A stretch of 64,000 nt of DNA, taken from a virus. The notes under the pieces are model-generated. The model searched no databases, was not told the origin of the DNA, and saw only the letters and a list, made by a program, of their open reading frames with translations. The translations under genes were made by a program, and so were the position numbers. The stretch lies in IMG/VR virus record IMGVR_UViG_3300030090_005562, positions 84,762 through 148,761 of that record. One strand, written 5' to 3'. Positions 45,781 to 55,725 of the stretch are shown here, piece by piece. The stretch's first letter is position 1, and every line of letters begins with the position of its first letter.

Positions 45781-46005
45781 ATGAAAGCCCTTAAAAACTT
45801 ATCGGCAGAAGCGGCTGGAGTAATTTTATCTATAGTCATTATAATCGCTAGCGTTGGGGCTACCTTTGGGATTACTCAACATCAAATCAATAGTCATGAA
45901 GATAGGTTAGAAGAGATGGATGAGGAGTACCAAAGAGACCATGACTTACTTCTGCAAATCAAGAGAGATGTACACTGGATTAGAGGCGCACTAGAGTCAA
46001 AGTGA
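45781..46005 (+). CDS. Small TM plus coiled-coil protein
   Basis: One TM helix then coiled coil. Confidence 0.6.
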   Translation: MKALKNLSAEAAGVILSIVIIIASVGATFGITQHQINSHEDRLEEMDEEYQRDHDLLLQIKRDVHWIRGALESK

Positions 46006-46026
46006 CCTTTACAAAATAAATACTTA

Positions 46027-46058
46027 GGGGCCAGTTAATTTTGATTGGCCCCTTTTTT
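46027..46058 (+). terminator. Intrinsic terminator
   Basis: GGGGCCAGT...ATTGGCCCC then T6. Confidence 0.8.
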
Positions 46059-46127
46059 ATTGACAAATTCTGCTTTTTTGTGTATATATAATAGTCTAAT
46101 CAGATGTACAACTAGCGGAATTTTGTC

Positions 46128-46433
46128 ATGGCAAACAGATGCAAACATTGCGAAGAAGGGTATGTCAAAAAGAATGGGGTCTATATCCCGTGCAAACACT
46201 GTATAACTCCAGACAGATTTGAGAAAACTCTTGATAAGGCAATCGCTAATTGTTCGGTTGATGTAGCAAAGAAGAAGGTTTTAATTCGTATTAAAAATAA
46301 TCTTCCTGACTATCCGGTTATGGCTTTAATGGAGGCTGAAACTTATGGGAAGTTGTCGAAGGAATTTATTTCAATGTTGAAATCAGCTTATGACATTAAA
46401 CCCTTCATGGATGTAAATTATAAACCAATATAG
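46128..46433 (+). CDS. Zinc-finger hypothetical protein
   Basis: CKHC...CKHC. Confidence 0.65.
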   Translation: MANRCKHCEEGYVKKNGVYIPCKHCITPDRFEKTLDKAIANCSVDVAKKKVLIRIKNNLPDYPVMALMEAETYGKLSKEFISMLKSAYDIKPFMDVNYKPI

Positions 46434-46446
46434 TTAGGAGAAAAAA

Positions 46447-46734
46447 TTGCGAGCGCTATGGCTTTTATATGCCATAGTCAGCCTAGCGGATTTGATATTA
46501 ACATGCTTGTATCTGAGCCCACAGCTAGAGGCTAACCCAATAGCATCATGGATATGGTCTAAGTTTGGCTATTTAGGTATAATATCTTTCAAGTTTTTAA
46601 TCATACTATGCTTAGTGTATCCAATATGTGGTATGATAGAAAATAGAAGTCCCGCTGCCGCTAAAGTAGTTTTGTCTCTAGGGATATTTTTTACTTGTAT
46701 TGCGTTAATACTATTTGGAGTTTTTTATATATGA
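46447..46734 (+). CDS. DUF5658-like membrane protein
   Basis: LADLILT...EANPIA...FKF. Confidence 0.7.
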   Translation: MRALWLLYAIVSLADLILTCLYLSPQLEANPIASWIWSKFGYLGIISFKFLIILCLVYPICGMIENRSPAAAKVVLSLGIFFTCIALILFGVFYI

Positions 46735-46864
46735 GCAATGGAAAAGGAAGCAGGCGAAGGTCTATGAAAATTTCACAGGAAAAATATTACGAAAACTGGA
46801 ACAAAATTTTCAACAAGAAAAATCAAAATAACAAAACAGAAAAGAAAAAAAGGGAGGACTAGTC

Positions 46865-47974
46865 ATGAAAAAGGCAGTCGCATTCAAAAATTATACAATC
46901 GGCCGAAACTGCGGGGAGCGTGGTTGGCTCACCCTCTCCGTCAGTAATTTTAAAGTTATGCTTATTGCGTTGATGTTGTTTTCTGGTATGTCCCTCACCT
47001 CTTCAGCGGAGGAAATTGAAGGGCCGCTCGCCCCATACCTTCAAAGCATTTCCGTGACAATTCGCGCCGACAGAGGACAGGGCTCTGGAGTTCTCGTTAC
47101 CAGAGAGATGATTGGTCTCGATGGCAAGCCTGTCAAGGTAAACTTTGTTTGGACAGCCGCTCATGTTTTAAGCCGACTTAGAAAAACTAGAACCGTAATT
47201 GACAGTAAGACAGGTCAATCAAAAACATTAGTAGAGTTTAGGGATGCAGAGATTGTTCAAGAGATAGTCGAGAACGGTCGTAGAGTTGGCGAAAAGAAAA
47301 TGCTCGCCAGTGTCATCAAGTATAGCGATGCCGATGAAGGTCAAGACCTAGCCCTGCTGATGGTAAGAAAAATTGGCATGACTGAAAAGAGTGCGGTGTT
47401 CTACGACGAGGCAAACGAGATACTTCCTATCGGAACAAAAGTCTTTCACGTTGGCTCTCTACATGGTCAATTCGGCGCAAACAGCATGACTGATGGAATC
47501 ATGTCTCAGATTGGTAGGGTACTAAATATTGGCAGCGCTGGTGGCGGCGTTGTGTTTGACCAAACAACCGTCAACGCTTTTCCTGGCAGTAGTGGTGGCG
47601 GCGTGTTCGTCGCCGGAGACTCAGAGGAAACCAAGAAGTTTCGAGGTCAATACTGTGGCATGATTGTTAGAGGTGCAGGTGAAACTTTCAACTTGATTGT
47701 TCCCATCAGGCGAATGAGAACTTGGGCAAGGGCGGCTGGATGTGAGTGGGCGATTAAGAACGACCCAAAAATCACTCCTCCTCTCTCTGAAATATACAAG
47801 CCTGGATGGGTTATTGAGGACACTGGAGGTGTCTGGAACGCCAAGGCCTACGCAGTAAGAGAAACCGCTTTCTTTTTCTGGCTTAGAGATAGAAGCAAAG
47901 TTGCTTCAACGATACTCAAGCCAGGAGTCGAAGGAATTAAATCGGAAACTTACATCGAGATAATGCCTAAATGA
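46865..47974 (+). CDS. Trypsin-like serine protease, secreted
   Basis: GSGV, WTAAHV, DLALL, PGSSGGGVF. Confidence 0.9.
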   Translation: MKKAVAFKNYTIGRNCGERGWLTLSVSNFKVMLIALMLFSGMSLTSSAEEIEGPLAPYLQSISVTIRADRGQGSGVLVTREMIGLDGKPVKVNFVWTAAHVLSRLRKTRTVIDSKTGQSKTLVEFRDAEIVQEIVENGRRVGEKKMLASVIKYSDADEGQDLALLMVRKIGMTEKSAVFYDEANEILPIGTKVFHVGSLHGQFGANSMTDGIMSQIGRVLNIGSAGGGVVFDQTTVNAFPGSSGGGVFVAGDSEETKKFRGQYCGMIVRGAGETFNLIVPIRRMRTWARAAGCEWAIKNDPKITPPLSEIYKPGWVIEDTGGVWNAKAYAVRETAFFFWLRDRSKVASTILKPGVEGIKSETYIEIMPK

Positions 47975-48642
47975 AAATCAATGATTTTTTTCAAGAGGCT
48001 TATTGTATAAATCTGGATAGAAGGAAGGATAGATGGGAATTTTCTTGCGTTCAATTTGAAAAAAACAATATAGAAGTAAAAAGGTTCCCTGCTGTTGACG
48101 GGCTTAAACTTCAAAAAGAAATACCTGAGTCTCCAAGTAAGCTTGATGATGTATATATAAAATTTATAGAAAAATGGAGTCCAATGACTTGGGGAGCAGT
48201 GGCATTAAATTTAACTAGACGCATCTTACTTCAGAAGGCTAAAGAAAAAAAAATAGAATCTATAATAATATTCGAGGATGATGTTTTATTTGTAGATAAT
48301 TTTGAAAGTAAATTTTTTAATTTGTCCTATAAAGTTCCAGAAGACTGGGACATGCTATATTTAGGAGGATGGAATCAAAAAGGGCTCGGTGATAAAGTTT
48401 GTGACGGATTATATAGATGCAAGTGGACTTTATGCGCACACGCGGTAGGAATTCACAGTAGAATGTACGATAAGATTTTGAAGGCCAAAGACAACAATAT
48501 ATTTTGCATGAAAGGAGACGCTTTTCTTGCGGATATGCACTCAAAGTGCAATGCGTATGTATTCTCTCCACTTTTAGCTACTCAATGCGAAGGGTATAGC
48601 GACATAGAATATGAAAACCGAACACAAGACTATATCAGTTAG
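47971..48642 (+). CDS. Glycosyltransferase family 25
   Basis: INLDRRKDRW, RFPAVDG, IFEDDV, DWDMLYLG. Confidence 0.88.
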   Translation: MKINDFFQEAYCINLDRRKDRWEFSCVQFEKNNIEVKRFPAVDGLKLQKEIPESPSKLDDVYIKFIEKWSPMTWGAVALNLTRRILLQKAKEKKIESIIIFEDDVLFVDNFESKFFNLSYKVPEDWDMLYLGGWNQKGLGDKVCDGLYRCKWTLCAHAVGIHSRMYDKILKAKDNNIFCMKGDAFLADMHSKCNAYVFSPLLATQCEGYSDIEYENRTQDYIS

Positions 48643-48654
48643 GCACATTATAAA

Positions 48655-49050
48655 ATGAAAAGACCAAGGCCAGAAGACAGAGAAACTGAGTGGTCAAAAT
48701 GGATTGCTTACAAGATGAATGGCGAAGCAGAGGCTAGAACTTTCTGTGGGGCCAGATGTGATGTGCTGACCGAAACCCATGCGTGGGAAGTAGAGTGGAT
48801 GAAAAAATACAATCAAGCCCCTGGACAAGCCCTGCTTTACGCTTCTTTATTTAACAAAAAACCTGGAATAATTCTCTTATCTAGAGCAGATGATAGAGAC
48901 AGTATTTATTATCTAAGGTGCGCCGTAATCTGCGAGAGCGCCGGAATAGACCTGCAAGTAATAGAAACCTATGATGAAGAGCAGGATAAGGTTGGCTTGG
49001 CAGACATAATAAAGCACGGGTGGGATAAAATAAGAGGAAAGAGAGGTTGA
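48655..49050 (+). CDS. PD-(D/E)XK-like fold protein
   Basis: RCDVLTETHAWEVEW...GQALLYA. Confidence 0.55.
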   Translation: MKRPRPEDRETEWSKWIAYKMNGEAEARTFCGARCDVLTETHAWEVEWMKKYNQAPGQALLYASLFNKKPGIILLSRADDRDSIYYLRCAVICESAGIDLQVIETYDEEQDKVGLADIIKHGWDKIRGKRG

Positions 49051-49119
49051 CAAAACTTTTATCGTTACTATAATACTACATACAGTATTTTACATTTATT
49101 TAAATTTGGAGATTTTTTA

Positions 49120-49530
49120 ATGGCTAGTTTTAACAGAGTGATTTTGGCCGGAAATCTTACGCGAGACATTGAGCTTCGTGAGACTCCTGGCGGGGCATCG
49201 GTTGCCGATGCTGGTCTTGCCGTAAACGATAGACGTAAGCAAGGAGATGAATGGGTTGACGAAACTTCGTTCATTGACCTGACTCTTTGGGGTCGAACGG
49301 CAGAGAATGCTGCCGAGTATCTTTCTAAAGGCTCTCCCATTCTTATTGAGGGTCGTCTCAAGCAGGACAGTTGGCAAAACGAGCAGGGTGAAAAGCGTAC
49401 CAAGCTCAAGGTTGTTGTTGACCGTCTTCAATTCCTTTCAAATGGAAATGGTGAAAAGCCGTCACAAAAGAAAGAGCCTGTTAGCGCAGGTGCTTCTGGA
49501 GGAAAGGGCGATAGCGATATCCCGTTTTAG
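49120..49530 (+). CDS. ssb: Single-stranded DNA-binding protein
   Basis: [24 protein letters not shown]-terminal DIPF. Confidence 0.97.
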   Translation: MASFNRVILAGNLTRDIELRETPGGASVADAGLAVNDRRKQGDEWVDETSFIDLTLWGRTAENAAEYLSKGSPILIEGRLKQDSWQNEQGEKRTKLKVVVDRLQFLSNGNGEKPSQKKEPVSAGASGGKGDSDIPF

Positions 49531-49537
49531 TTTTTGA

Positions 49538-50620
49538 ATGGAAATAAATCTAACTGCACCAATAAATGACTTGGGTTATGGTGTTGCTGGCCTAAATGTA
49601 TTAAAGGGTCTGGTAAGGAACGGCTGTAAAGTTTCTTACTGGCCCATAGGTCAGGCTACTCCTAGAACTCAAGAAGACGCTGATATAATAAGTCAGTGTA
49701 TGTCTAATGCACAATTCTTTGACAGCCAAGCTCCTAGTCTCAGGCTATGGCATCAACACGACATGTCTCATCATGTAGGGCATGGAATCAAGGTTGGCTT
49801 TCCTGTTTTTGAATTAGATAAATTTTCAGAGCTTGAAAAGCACCACCTGCAATCTCTCGACAAAATAATTGTTTGTAGCGAGTGGGCTAAAGGAGTTGTA
49901 GAAAAAGAAGTTCCTGGCTCTCGCGTAGATGTTGCTCCTCTAGGAGTAAACGTTTCTATATTTAAGCCACAAGAAATAGAACCTAGAAGCACAACTGTAC
50001 TACTCAATATAGGCAAATGGGAAATAAGAAAAGGCCATGATATATTATGGGAGGCTTTTAACGAGGCATTCAATGAAAATGACGATGTAGAATTGTGGAT
50101 GATGAACCACAACCCGTTTCTCGATGAAGCACAAGAGGCAGAGTGGCACAATCTATATCTGCAATCTAAGCTAGGCTCTAAAATAAAAATACTACCGAGA
50201 GTGGAAACACATCTTGAGGTTGCTCAGATAATGCGTCAGGCAGACATTGGGGTTTTTCCGTCCAGAGCAGAAGGATGGAATCTTGAGGCGTTAGAAATGA
50301 TGGCTATGGGCAAGTATGTAATACTGACAGACTACTCTGCGCACACGGAATTTGCAAGTCAAATTAATTCCAAGTTAATTAAAATTGATGAAACTGAGTC
50401 TGCTTATGACGGCATCTGGTTTCATGGACAGGGAGAGTGGGCTTCTATTGGTGACAGTCAAATGGAACAATTAGTATCCCACATGAGAACACTTCACGAA
50501 CTAAATCAAAAAGAATACAAAGAGAACAGAAGGAATAAAAACGAAAGAGGAATTGTCACAGGTGAAAAATTCAGTTGGGATAATTGCGCACACAAAATAA
50601 TGGAGTCTTTATCAAAGTGA
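49538..50620 (+). CDS. Glycosyltransferase family 4 (GT-B)
   Basis: GKWEIRKGHDIL, FPSRAEGWNLEALEMMAMG. Confidence 0.9.
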   Translation: MEINLTAPINDLGYGVAGLNVLKGLVRNGCKVSYWPIGQATPRTQEDADIISQCMSNAQFFDSQAPSLRLWHQHDMSHHVGHGIKVGFPVFELDKFSELEKHHLQSLDKIIVCSEWAKGVVEKEVPGSRVDVAPLGVNVSIFKPQEIEPRSTTVLLNIGKWEIRKGHDILWEAFNEAFNENDDVELWMMNHNPFLDEAQEAEWHNLYLQSKLGSKIKILPRVETHLEVAQIMRQADIGVFPSRAEGWNLEALEMMAMGKYVILTDYSAHTEFASQINSKLIKIDETESAYDGIWFHGQGEWASIGDSQMEQLVSHMRTLHELNQKEYKENRRNKNERGIVTGEKFSWDNCAHKIMESLSK

Positions 50621-51414
50621 ATAGGGTAATATGGACATACTGGAATGACAAAAACATTCCGGACCTTGTGCTTAGATGTCTGAACTCTATAAAAAGACAA
50701 AATAAAGATTATTCGGTAATTACACTACATGAAGATGATATTCCAGACGAAGTATATAAGGTGTTCTCTCCAGAGTCCGTTAGCCAAGGAAAGAAAAAAT
50801 TAAATGACGTAAGTGACCATTATCATCAGCATTTGTCTGATATATTAAGAATCTGGCTTCTTAAAGAGTATGGCGGCGTGTGGCTTGACATCTCAACATA
50901 TTGCAACGCACCCATTGATGTGTCTTTAGAAGGGGGTTATGATTTTTATGCAGAGTATCACGACCCATCTGTATACGAGGCTACAAAAGAAATACCATAC
51001 TTCGAGTGTATACTAATGTCTTCAAACCCAAACGGAAAGATTATTAATAGGTGGTGGGAGGAGTGTAAATTCCTGTGGACTTTTGACTACCCATTAAAGT
51101 ACATAGATTATTTGACTAATATTCAAAAAGTTAATCTTGATGGAATACATCACTTTAATTCATATTTATGGCCTTGCCTAGCACTTAGAAGTGTTTTAAC
51201 TAAAAATCCCAACCTTGTCCAACACATCAAGAAAAAACCACTTTCGGAAGGATACTATTTTCTACCAGATTCCTGCGACTGGGATTGTGCAAAAATGTAT
51301 AAAACATACGATGAAAAAAAACATAAAATAGTAAAGCTGACTCATACTCTTAGGAGTGATTTACAAATACAAAAAATGATACTAGAGTCGGACTCCAAAT
51401 ATGACAATAAATAA
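50617..51414 (+). CDS. DxD glycosyltransferase (GT32/capsular polysaccharide synthesis type)
   Basis: IWTYW, SDILRIWLLKEYGGVWLD. Confidence 0.85.
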   Translation: MNRVIWTYWNDKNIPDLVLRCLNSIKRQNKDYSVITLHEDDIPDEVYKVFSPESVSQGKKKLNDVSDHYHQHLSDILRIWLLKEYGGVWLDISTYCNAPIDVSLEGGYDFYAEYHDPSVYEATKEIPYFECILMSSNPNGKIINRWWEECKFLWTFDYPLKYIDYLTNIQKVNLDGIHHFNSYLWPCLALRSVLTKNPNLVQHIKKKPLSEGYYFLPDSCDWDCAKMYKTYDEKKHKIVKLTHTLRSDLQIQKMILESDSKYDNK

Positions 51415-52411
51415 AAAAGACATAATAACCTGCAAGTCATACCAACCTTTATGCGATTACCTGTATGACTATCCAAACCTGGATGACATTCCACCCACAG
51501 GGCTTGTTCATGTTCCCCTAGACCACATAGAAGAATTCTTTAAAAGAATAGATAGTAACGGCCATAGGTATGTTGTTGTTAGCTCATGTTCAGACTATGG
51601 AGTTGCGATGCAGAATGAGCATCCAGCATGGAAAGATTTGCTAAAATGGATTAACATGCAAGTCGGGCCATCGCTTGCGTATGGCGGTATAAAGATGCCA
51701 GCGAGAGTCGACCATGACAAATGCGACCTAAGAGATACATATTCTGTAAAAATGCACTCATGGACAAACGCTACTTTTCCTGCGATACCACATAACGTAC
51801 ATCACTGGTTTCTGACAAACCTTATGTTTGTTCCTGATGCCGAAGAATATAACTTTATGTACGAGACCAATACACACGAAAAGATAACAGCAATTCCTTT
51901 TGGAATAGCAGAAGGAAAAGCTGATGAGCTTCATGCCGCAATGCAGAGCAAGAGGCCGCACAAAGATAGAGAAAATAAGATATACATAAGCTACAATGAC
52001 ACTACTCTTGAGAGGTATGAGCTTAGAGGAGAATTAATGGAATGGCAAAGCTATGGGGGACTCGACGCCCTTAGTGTAAATTTGCCCAATCAGCAAGATT
52101 CGTATGAAGATTATTTAAAGAAGCTTGGTACACACAAATATGTTTTGTCTCCACCAGGAAATGGAGCGGACTGCTACAGAACACTTGAATCAGTATACAT
52201 GGGGTGCATAACCTTCGTAGAAGATACTGCAACAAATTATCTTACAGACTTACCCGTAATGAGATATAAAAACGCCGATGACATAATATCATGGTATAAT
52301 TATAATCAGGGGAACGGACCTCAGTTATCCGAGGGGTTTGAAAACAAAGAACAGGTAAAACTTTCCTATTGGAAAGAGATGATACATTCTAAGCTCTCTG
52401 AACTTTTCTAG
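51401..52411 (+). CDS. Exostosin/GT47-like putative glycosyltransferase
   Basis: AIPFG, KYVLSPPGNGADCYRTLESVYMG. Confidence 0.7.
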   Translation: MTINKKDIITCKSYQPLCDYLYDYPNLDDIPPTGLVHVPLDHIEEFFKRIDSNGHRYVVVSSCSDYGVAMQNEHPAWKDLLKWINMQVGPSLAYGGIKMPARVDHDKCDLRDTYSVKMHSWTNATFPAIPHNVHHWFLTNLMFVPDAEEYNFMYETNTHEKITAIPFGIAEGKADELHAAMQSKRPHKDRENKIYISYNDTTLERYELRGELMEWQSYGGLDALSVNLPNQQDSYEDYLKKLGTHKYVLSPPGNGADCYRTLESVYMGCITFVEDTATNYLTDLPVMRYKNADDIISWYNYNQGNGPQLSEGFENKEQVKLSYWKEMIHSKLSELF

Positions 52412-52470
52412 GCTTTTATTTTGGTGTATATACATAAGTATCACATCACCCTCTTTCTGAGGAGAAACAA

Positions 52471-53166
52471 GTGTCTAGAAAAAAGAATGGCAACAATAAT
52501 AACAATGGCACCCATCTCAAACAAAATAGTCTTTCAGCAAAAACCCCAAACCAAAAAGAATACATTAAGTCAGTAAAAGACAATCAGGTGGTGATTTGTT
52601 CCGGTCCAGCCGGTACGGGTAAAACACACATAGCGACATCTATGGCTATAATGGGTCTGGTAAAAGAACAGTATGAAAAGGTAATAATAACTAGACCATT
52701 GGTTCAAGCAGGGGAAGACACTGGTTTTTTACCTGGGAATATAAGAGAGAAGATGTCTCCATATCTCAGGCCCATATTTGATGAGCTTTTATGTTATGTG
52801 AGTAACTCAGACATAATAACGATGATGAACTCTGGGCAAATTGAAATATGTCCACTGGCGTACATGCGGGGCAGAAACTTTCACCACTGTTTTATTGTGG
52901 CCGATGAATGTCAAAACGCCTCAGAAAAACAGCTAATGATGCTATTGACAAGAATAGGAAAAGGTAGTAAAATAGTTATGACTGGTGACGCTAGCCAGTC
53001 GGACCTCAACTATAGAAATCAAGGAGGGTTTAAAACTTGTATTGATGGATTGAGCGGCGTTGATGGAGTAGAAATAGTAAATCTTGGAAACGAGGATATA
53101 GTAAGAGAGCCGATAGTAGAAAGAATCGTCACGGCAATGGAAAAATATCATTCAAGTTCTGATTGA
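52471..53166 (+). CDS. phoH: PhoH-family ATPase
   Basis: GPAGTGKT, GFLPG, YMRGR, DECQN, LTRIG, GDASQSD. Confidence 0.96.
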   Translation: MSRKKNGNNNNNGTHLKQNSLSAKTPNQKEYIKSVKDNQVVICSGPAGTGKTHIATSMAIMGLVKEQYEKVIITRPLVQAGEDTGFLPGNIREKMSPYLRPIFDELLCYVSNSDIITMMNSGQIEICPLAYMRGRNFHHCFIVADECQNASEKQLMMLLTRIGKGSKIVMTGDASQSDLNYRNQGGFKTCIDGLSGVDGVEIVNLGNEDIVREPIVERIVTAMEKYHSSSD

Positions 53167-53194
53167 CAAAAGACGATAATCATATATAATAAGA

Positions 53195-53267
53195 AGCGGG
53201 TTGTGGTGTTGGTTCCACCACTGGTCTCATAAATCAGTCTACGCAGGTTCAATTCCTGTACCCGCAA
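53195..53267 (+). tRNA. tRNA-Met(CAT) with 1:72 mismatch (initiator-like)
   Basis: AGCGGGT/ACCCGCA, anticodon arm CTGGT-CTCATAA-ATCAG, T arm GCAGG-TTCAATT-CCTGT; nested promoter 53152-53190. Confidence 0.85.
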
Positions 53268-53296
53268 TTTTTTTAATTTTTCATTAGGAGGTTTAC

Positions 53297-53917
53297 ATGC
53301 CTGTAGTTATGAAGGACATTGATTTTAACAAGAGAAACAAGAACGATTATGAAAACAATTCAAACGAGATGTATTCTTTAAAACAGTATACTAACATTGC
53401 CAAGAAGTGCATATCAAAGTTTTCCGGAGATGGTGTATCTCACTCAATGTTAAAAAGCGAAGATGCAATTTCTCATGTCGCTGAACATATCATGTGGGGT
53501 CACGTAAGGTGGCGCGAAGATGGTGGAAGGGCCTTAAAAAGCTACCTTAATCAGTGTGCGATATGGGCTATAAAGTCGTGGAAGACAAAGATTTATAAGA
53601 ACGAAGATATTGCATCTCTTAATTACTGCAAACCAAGCGAAGCTGCCGGAAGAGAAACACAGGCGTATCAAAATGTACAAGATAAGAAGTGCAAAGAGCC
53701 GTTTGAGCTTCTTTATAATAATAATTTGTCAGAAATGAAATCTCTCATTGAGAGCAAATGCTTGACAAAACTTCAAAGTAAATGCCTTTACGAAAGATAC
53801 GTCGAAGGAAAAAAACTTAGGCAAATAGCAGAAACACTTTGTGTGAGTAGACAGGCAGTAAACCAACACATCAGTAAGGCTGTTAAGAAGTTGAGGAAAG
53901 AAAATGGGATTTGTTAG
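53297..53917 (+). CDS. Phage sigma70-family-like factor
   Basis: LKSYLNQCAIWAI (region 2); LRQIAETLCVSRQAVNQHISKAVKKLR (region 4). Confidence 0.8.
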   Translation: MPVVMKDIDFNKRNKNDYENNSNEMYSLKQYTNIAKKCISKFSGDGVSHSMLKSEDAISHVAEHIMWGHVRWREDGGRALKSYLNQCAIWAIKSWKTKIYKNEDIASLNYCKPSEAAGRETQAYQNVQDKKCKEPFELLYNNNLSEMKSLIESKCLTKLQSKCLYERYVEGKKLRQIAETLCVSRQAVNQHISKAVKKLRKENGIC

Positions 53918-54407
53918 CGATAGAATAAAAGGAGAGAAAGCAGAAGATTCTGTTTCGAGAATTCTTTCGTGTCTCTGGGATGTCTGCAAAGCATCAGAAG
54001 TAGAGAAAGGAGCTTTTTCTGATTGGGATTTGTCTGTGTCGCAAGTAGGTACAGGTTATGAAGTTTTTACTGTTGAGGTAAAATACGACGAGATGCAGTC
54101 TAAGACTGGGAATATAGCCATAGAAATATATAATCCAAGGTCAGGAAAGCCGAGCGGCTTAACTGCAACCAAGGCAAGCCTTTGGTGTCATGTATTACAA
54201 GACTCTATATGGATTACTAGCATAGATGAACTTAAGAAGTTTTGCGAAGATGTCCCTCCCTTTAAATCATTTAATTCTGTTGGAGATGGAAACGCTTCAA
54301 TACTTCTTTACAAAACAGAAGACATACTTAAAATTTTTGAGAGGATTGATAAATGCAGCAAAATACAGTTGCAGCAAAAGATACATTCGCTGTTAAAATT
54401 AGTGTAG
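53904..54407 (+). CDS. PD-(D/E)XK nuclease-like protein
   Basis: WDL...VEVKYD...TGNIAIE...PSGLTATKA. Confidence 0.75.
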   Translation: MGFVSDRIKGEKAEDSVSRILSCLWDVCKASEVEKGAFSDWDLSVSQVGTGYEVFTVEVKYDEMQSKTGNIAIEIYNPRSGKPSGLTATKASLWCHVLQDSIWITSIDELKKFCEDVPPFKSFNSVGDGNASILLYKTEDILKIFERIDKCSKIQLQQKIHSLLKLV

Positions 54408-54763
54408 TTCCATTTGTAATTGGCAAAAATCCAAAAGTGGCCTTAATTAAAAATGAACAGGGAGACTACTTGATTCCAGAGGAAAAGTTAATGTCTGGAG
54501 AAACATGCTTTCAAGTTGCAGACAGAATTGTAAACACCTGCTGTGCGTTAGATAAGACCGATGTGTTTTCCATAAATTTATCGAGCTGCTTAACGTCTAA
54601 AGATACCATAAATTTAATTTTTTGCCTACACTGCAAGCAAAACACAGAACTTAATGAGGAGCTTTTACTTTTCACACCGAAAGAAGTGTCAGAACTTTAC
54701 TTTGAAAATAAATTTTTTGAAAAAAGCGGAGAAGTTGTAATATCAGCTATAGAAAATGGGTGA
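54353..54763 (+). CDS. Degenerate NUDIX-like protein
   Basis: KVALIK...LIP...GET...ADR. Confidence 0.4.
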   Translation: MQQNTVAAKDTFAVKISVVPFVIGKNPKVALIKNEQGDYLIPEEKLMSGETCFQVADRIVNTCCALDKTDVFSINLSSCLTSKDTINLIFCLHCKQNTELNEELLLFTPKEVSELYFENKFFEKSGEVVISAIENG

Positions 54764-55136
54764 CACTGATAAAGAAAAAAAAGATTTAGAAAACATACAA
54801 AGCTACTTAGAGAGCCTTGGGTGTGACGAAAACAAAAAGCCTGTAGACAACTTTTTGATATATTTTTCGGTTGGAGATGTTGGCATCGTTGACGTTGGCA
54901 TAGATTGGCCAGAGCATCATACGGAGGAATCTATATATATGATTGCAACGCTTCTTTTTTCACTCAACACAGGTCTTTTAAAAAATCTAACGCTTGAAGC
55001 AATAAATGACAGCATTCTTAAGTACCCAGAGCTTAAATCAGATGTGCAAAAAGTAGTCGAAAAGTGGCTTGAAATACAAAATTTTTCAGATGAGACCCCG
55101 TGTATTAAACCCACAGACACCCTAAAAAATATTTGA
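54756..55136 (+). CDS. Hypothetical protein
   Basis: 126-aa coupled ORF. Confidence 0.65.
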   Translation: MGDTDKEKKDLENIQSYLESLGCDENKKPVDNFLIYFSVGDVGIVDVGIDWPEHHTEESIYMIATLLFSLNTGLLKNLTLEAINDSILKYPELKSDVQKVVEKWLEIQNFSDETPCIKPTDTLKNI

Positions 55137-55194
55137 CGGTGTATATTATATCGGATATTTTCTTATTTACACATTTTAATCTATGGTGTGCCTC

Positions 55195-55725
55195 ATGAAT
55201 GTGAAAAAAATTGTATGGGAAAAGTGGATTGACCCTCTGAATAAGAATGTTGACGAGGTTGAATACCCAGGCTACAAATCAGAAGATTCAGATAATGATA
55301 TCGAAATGTTCTCATCTGACGAAAATTTTGAAAAGAAAATGGACGCATGGGCTGATTACGATGAAGACATTGAAGATGACAGAAAAAAAGTCAGCTTTAA
55401 TCCAGCCAGGATAGCCTCGACCCCTCATGGCTTAGTGAGCATGACGGAGCATTCTTTTGCTTCAAAGCATTTTGATTTTTGGACTATGCATTATAATCAT
55501 GATATAACTCCAAATATAATTGATGTTATAGAAAAGTGCGACGGCGTGGAGACTCTCAATACTTTGACAAGATATAGGGTAAGGATAGGCTTCAATAGGC
55601 CGCTAATACAATCAGGGGCATTTAACTTAAATGATATAAGAAAAGGAATAGAGGATGCAGTAATTAACAACGCATCTAAGAAAGATTGCGTTGAAGACTT
55701 TTTAAAAAGCAATAAGGCAAAATGA
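55195..55725 (+). CDS. Conserved phage hypothetical protein
   Basis: IVWEKWIDP, FDFWTMH, GVETL...RYRVRIG; after GGTGTATA. Confidence 0.7.
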   Translation: MNVKKIVWEKWIDPLNKNVDEVEYPGYKSEDSDNDIEMFSSDENFEKKMDAWADYDEDIEDDRKKVSFNPARIASTPHGLVSMTEHSFASKHFDFWTMHYNHDITPNIIDVIEKCDGVETLNTLTRYRVRIGFNRPLIQSGAFNLNDIRKGIEDAVINNASKKDCVEDFLKSNKAK

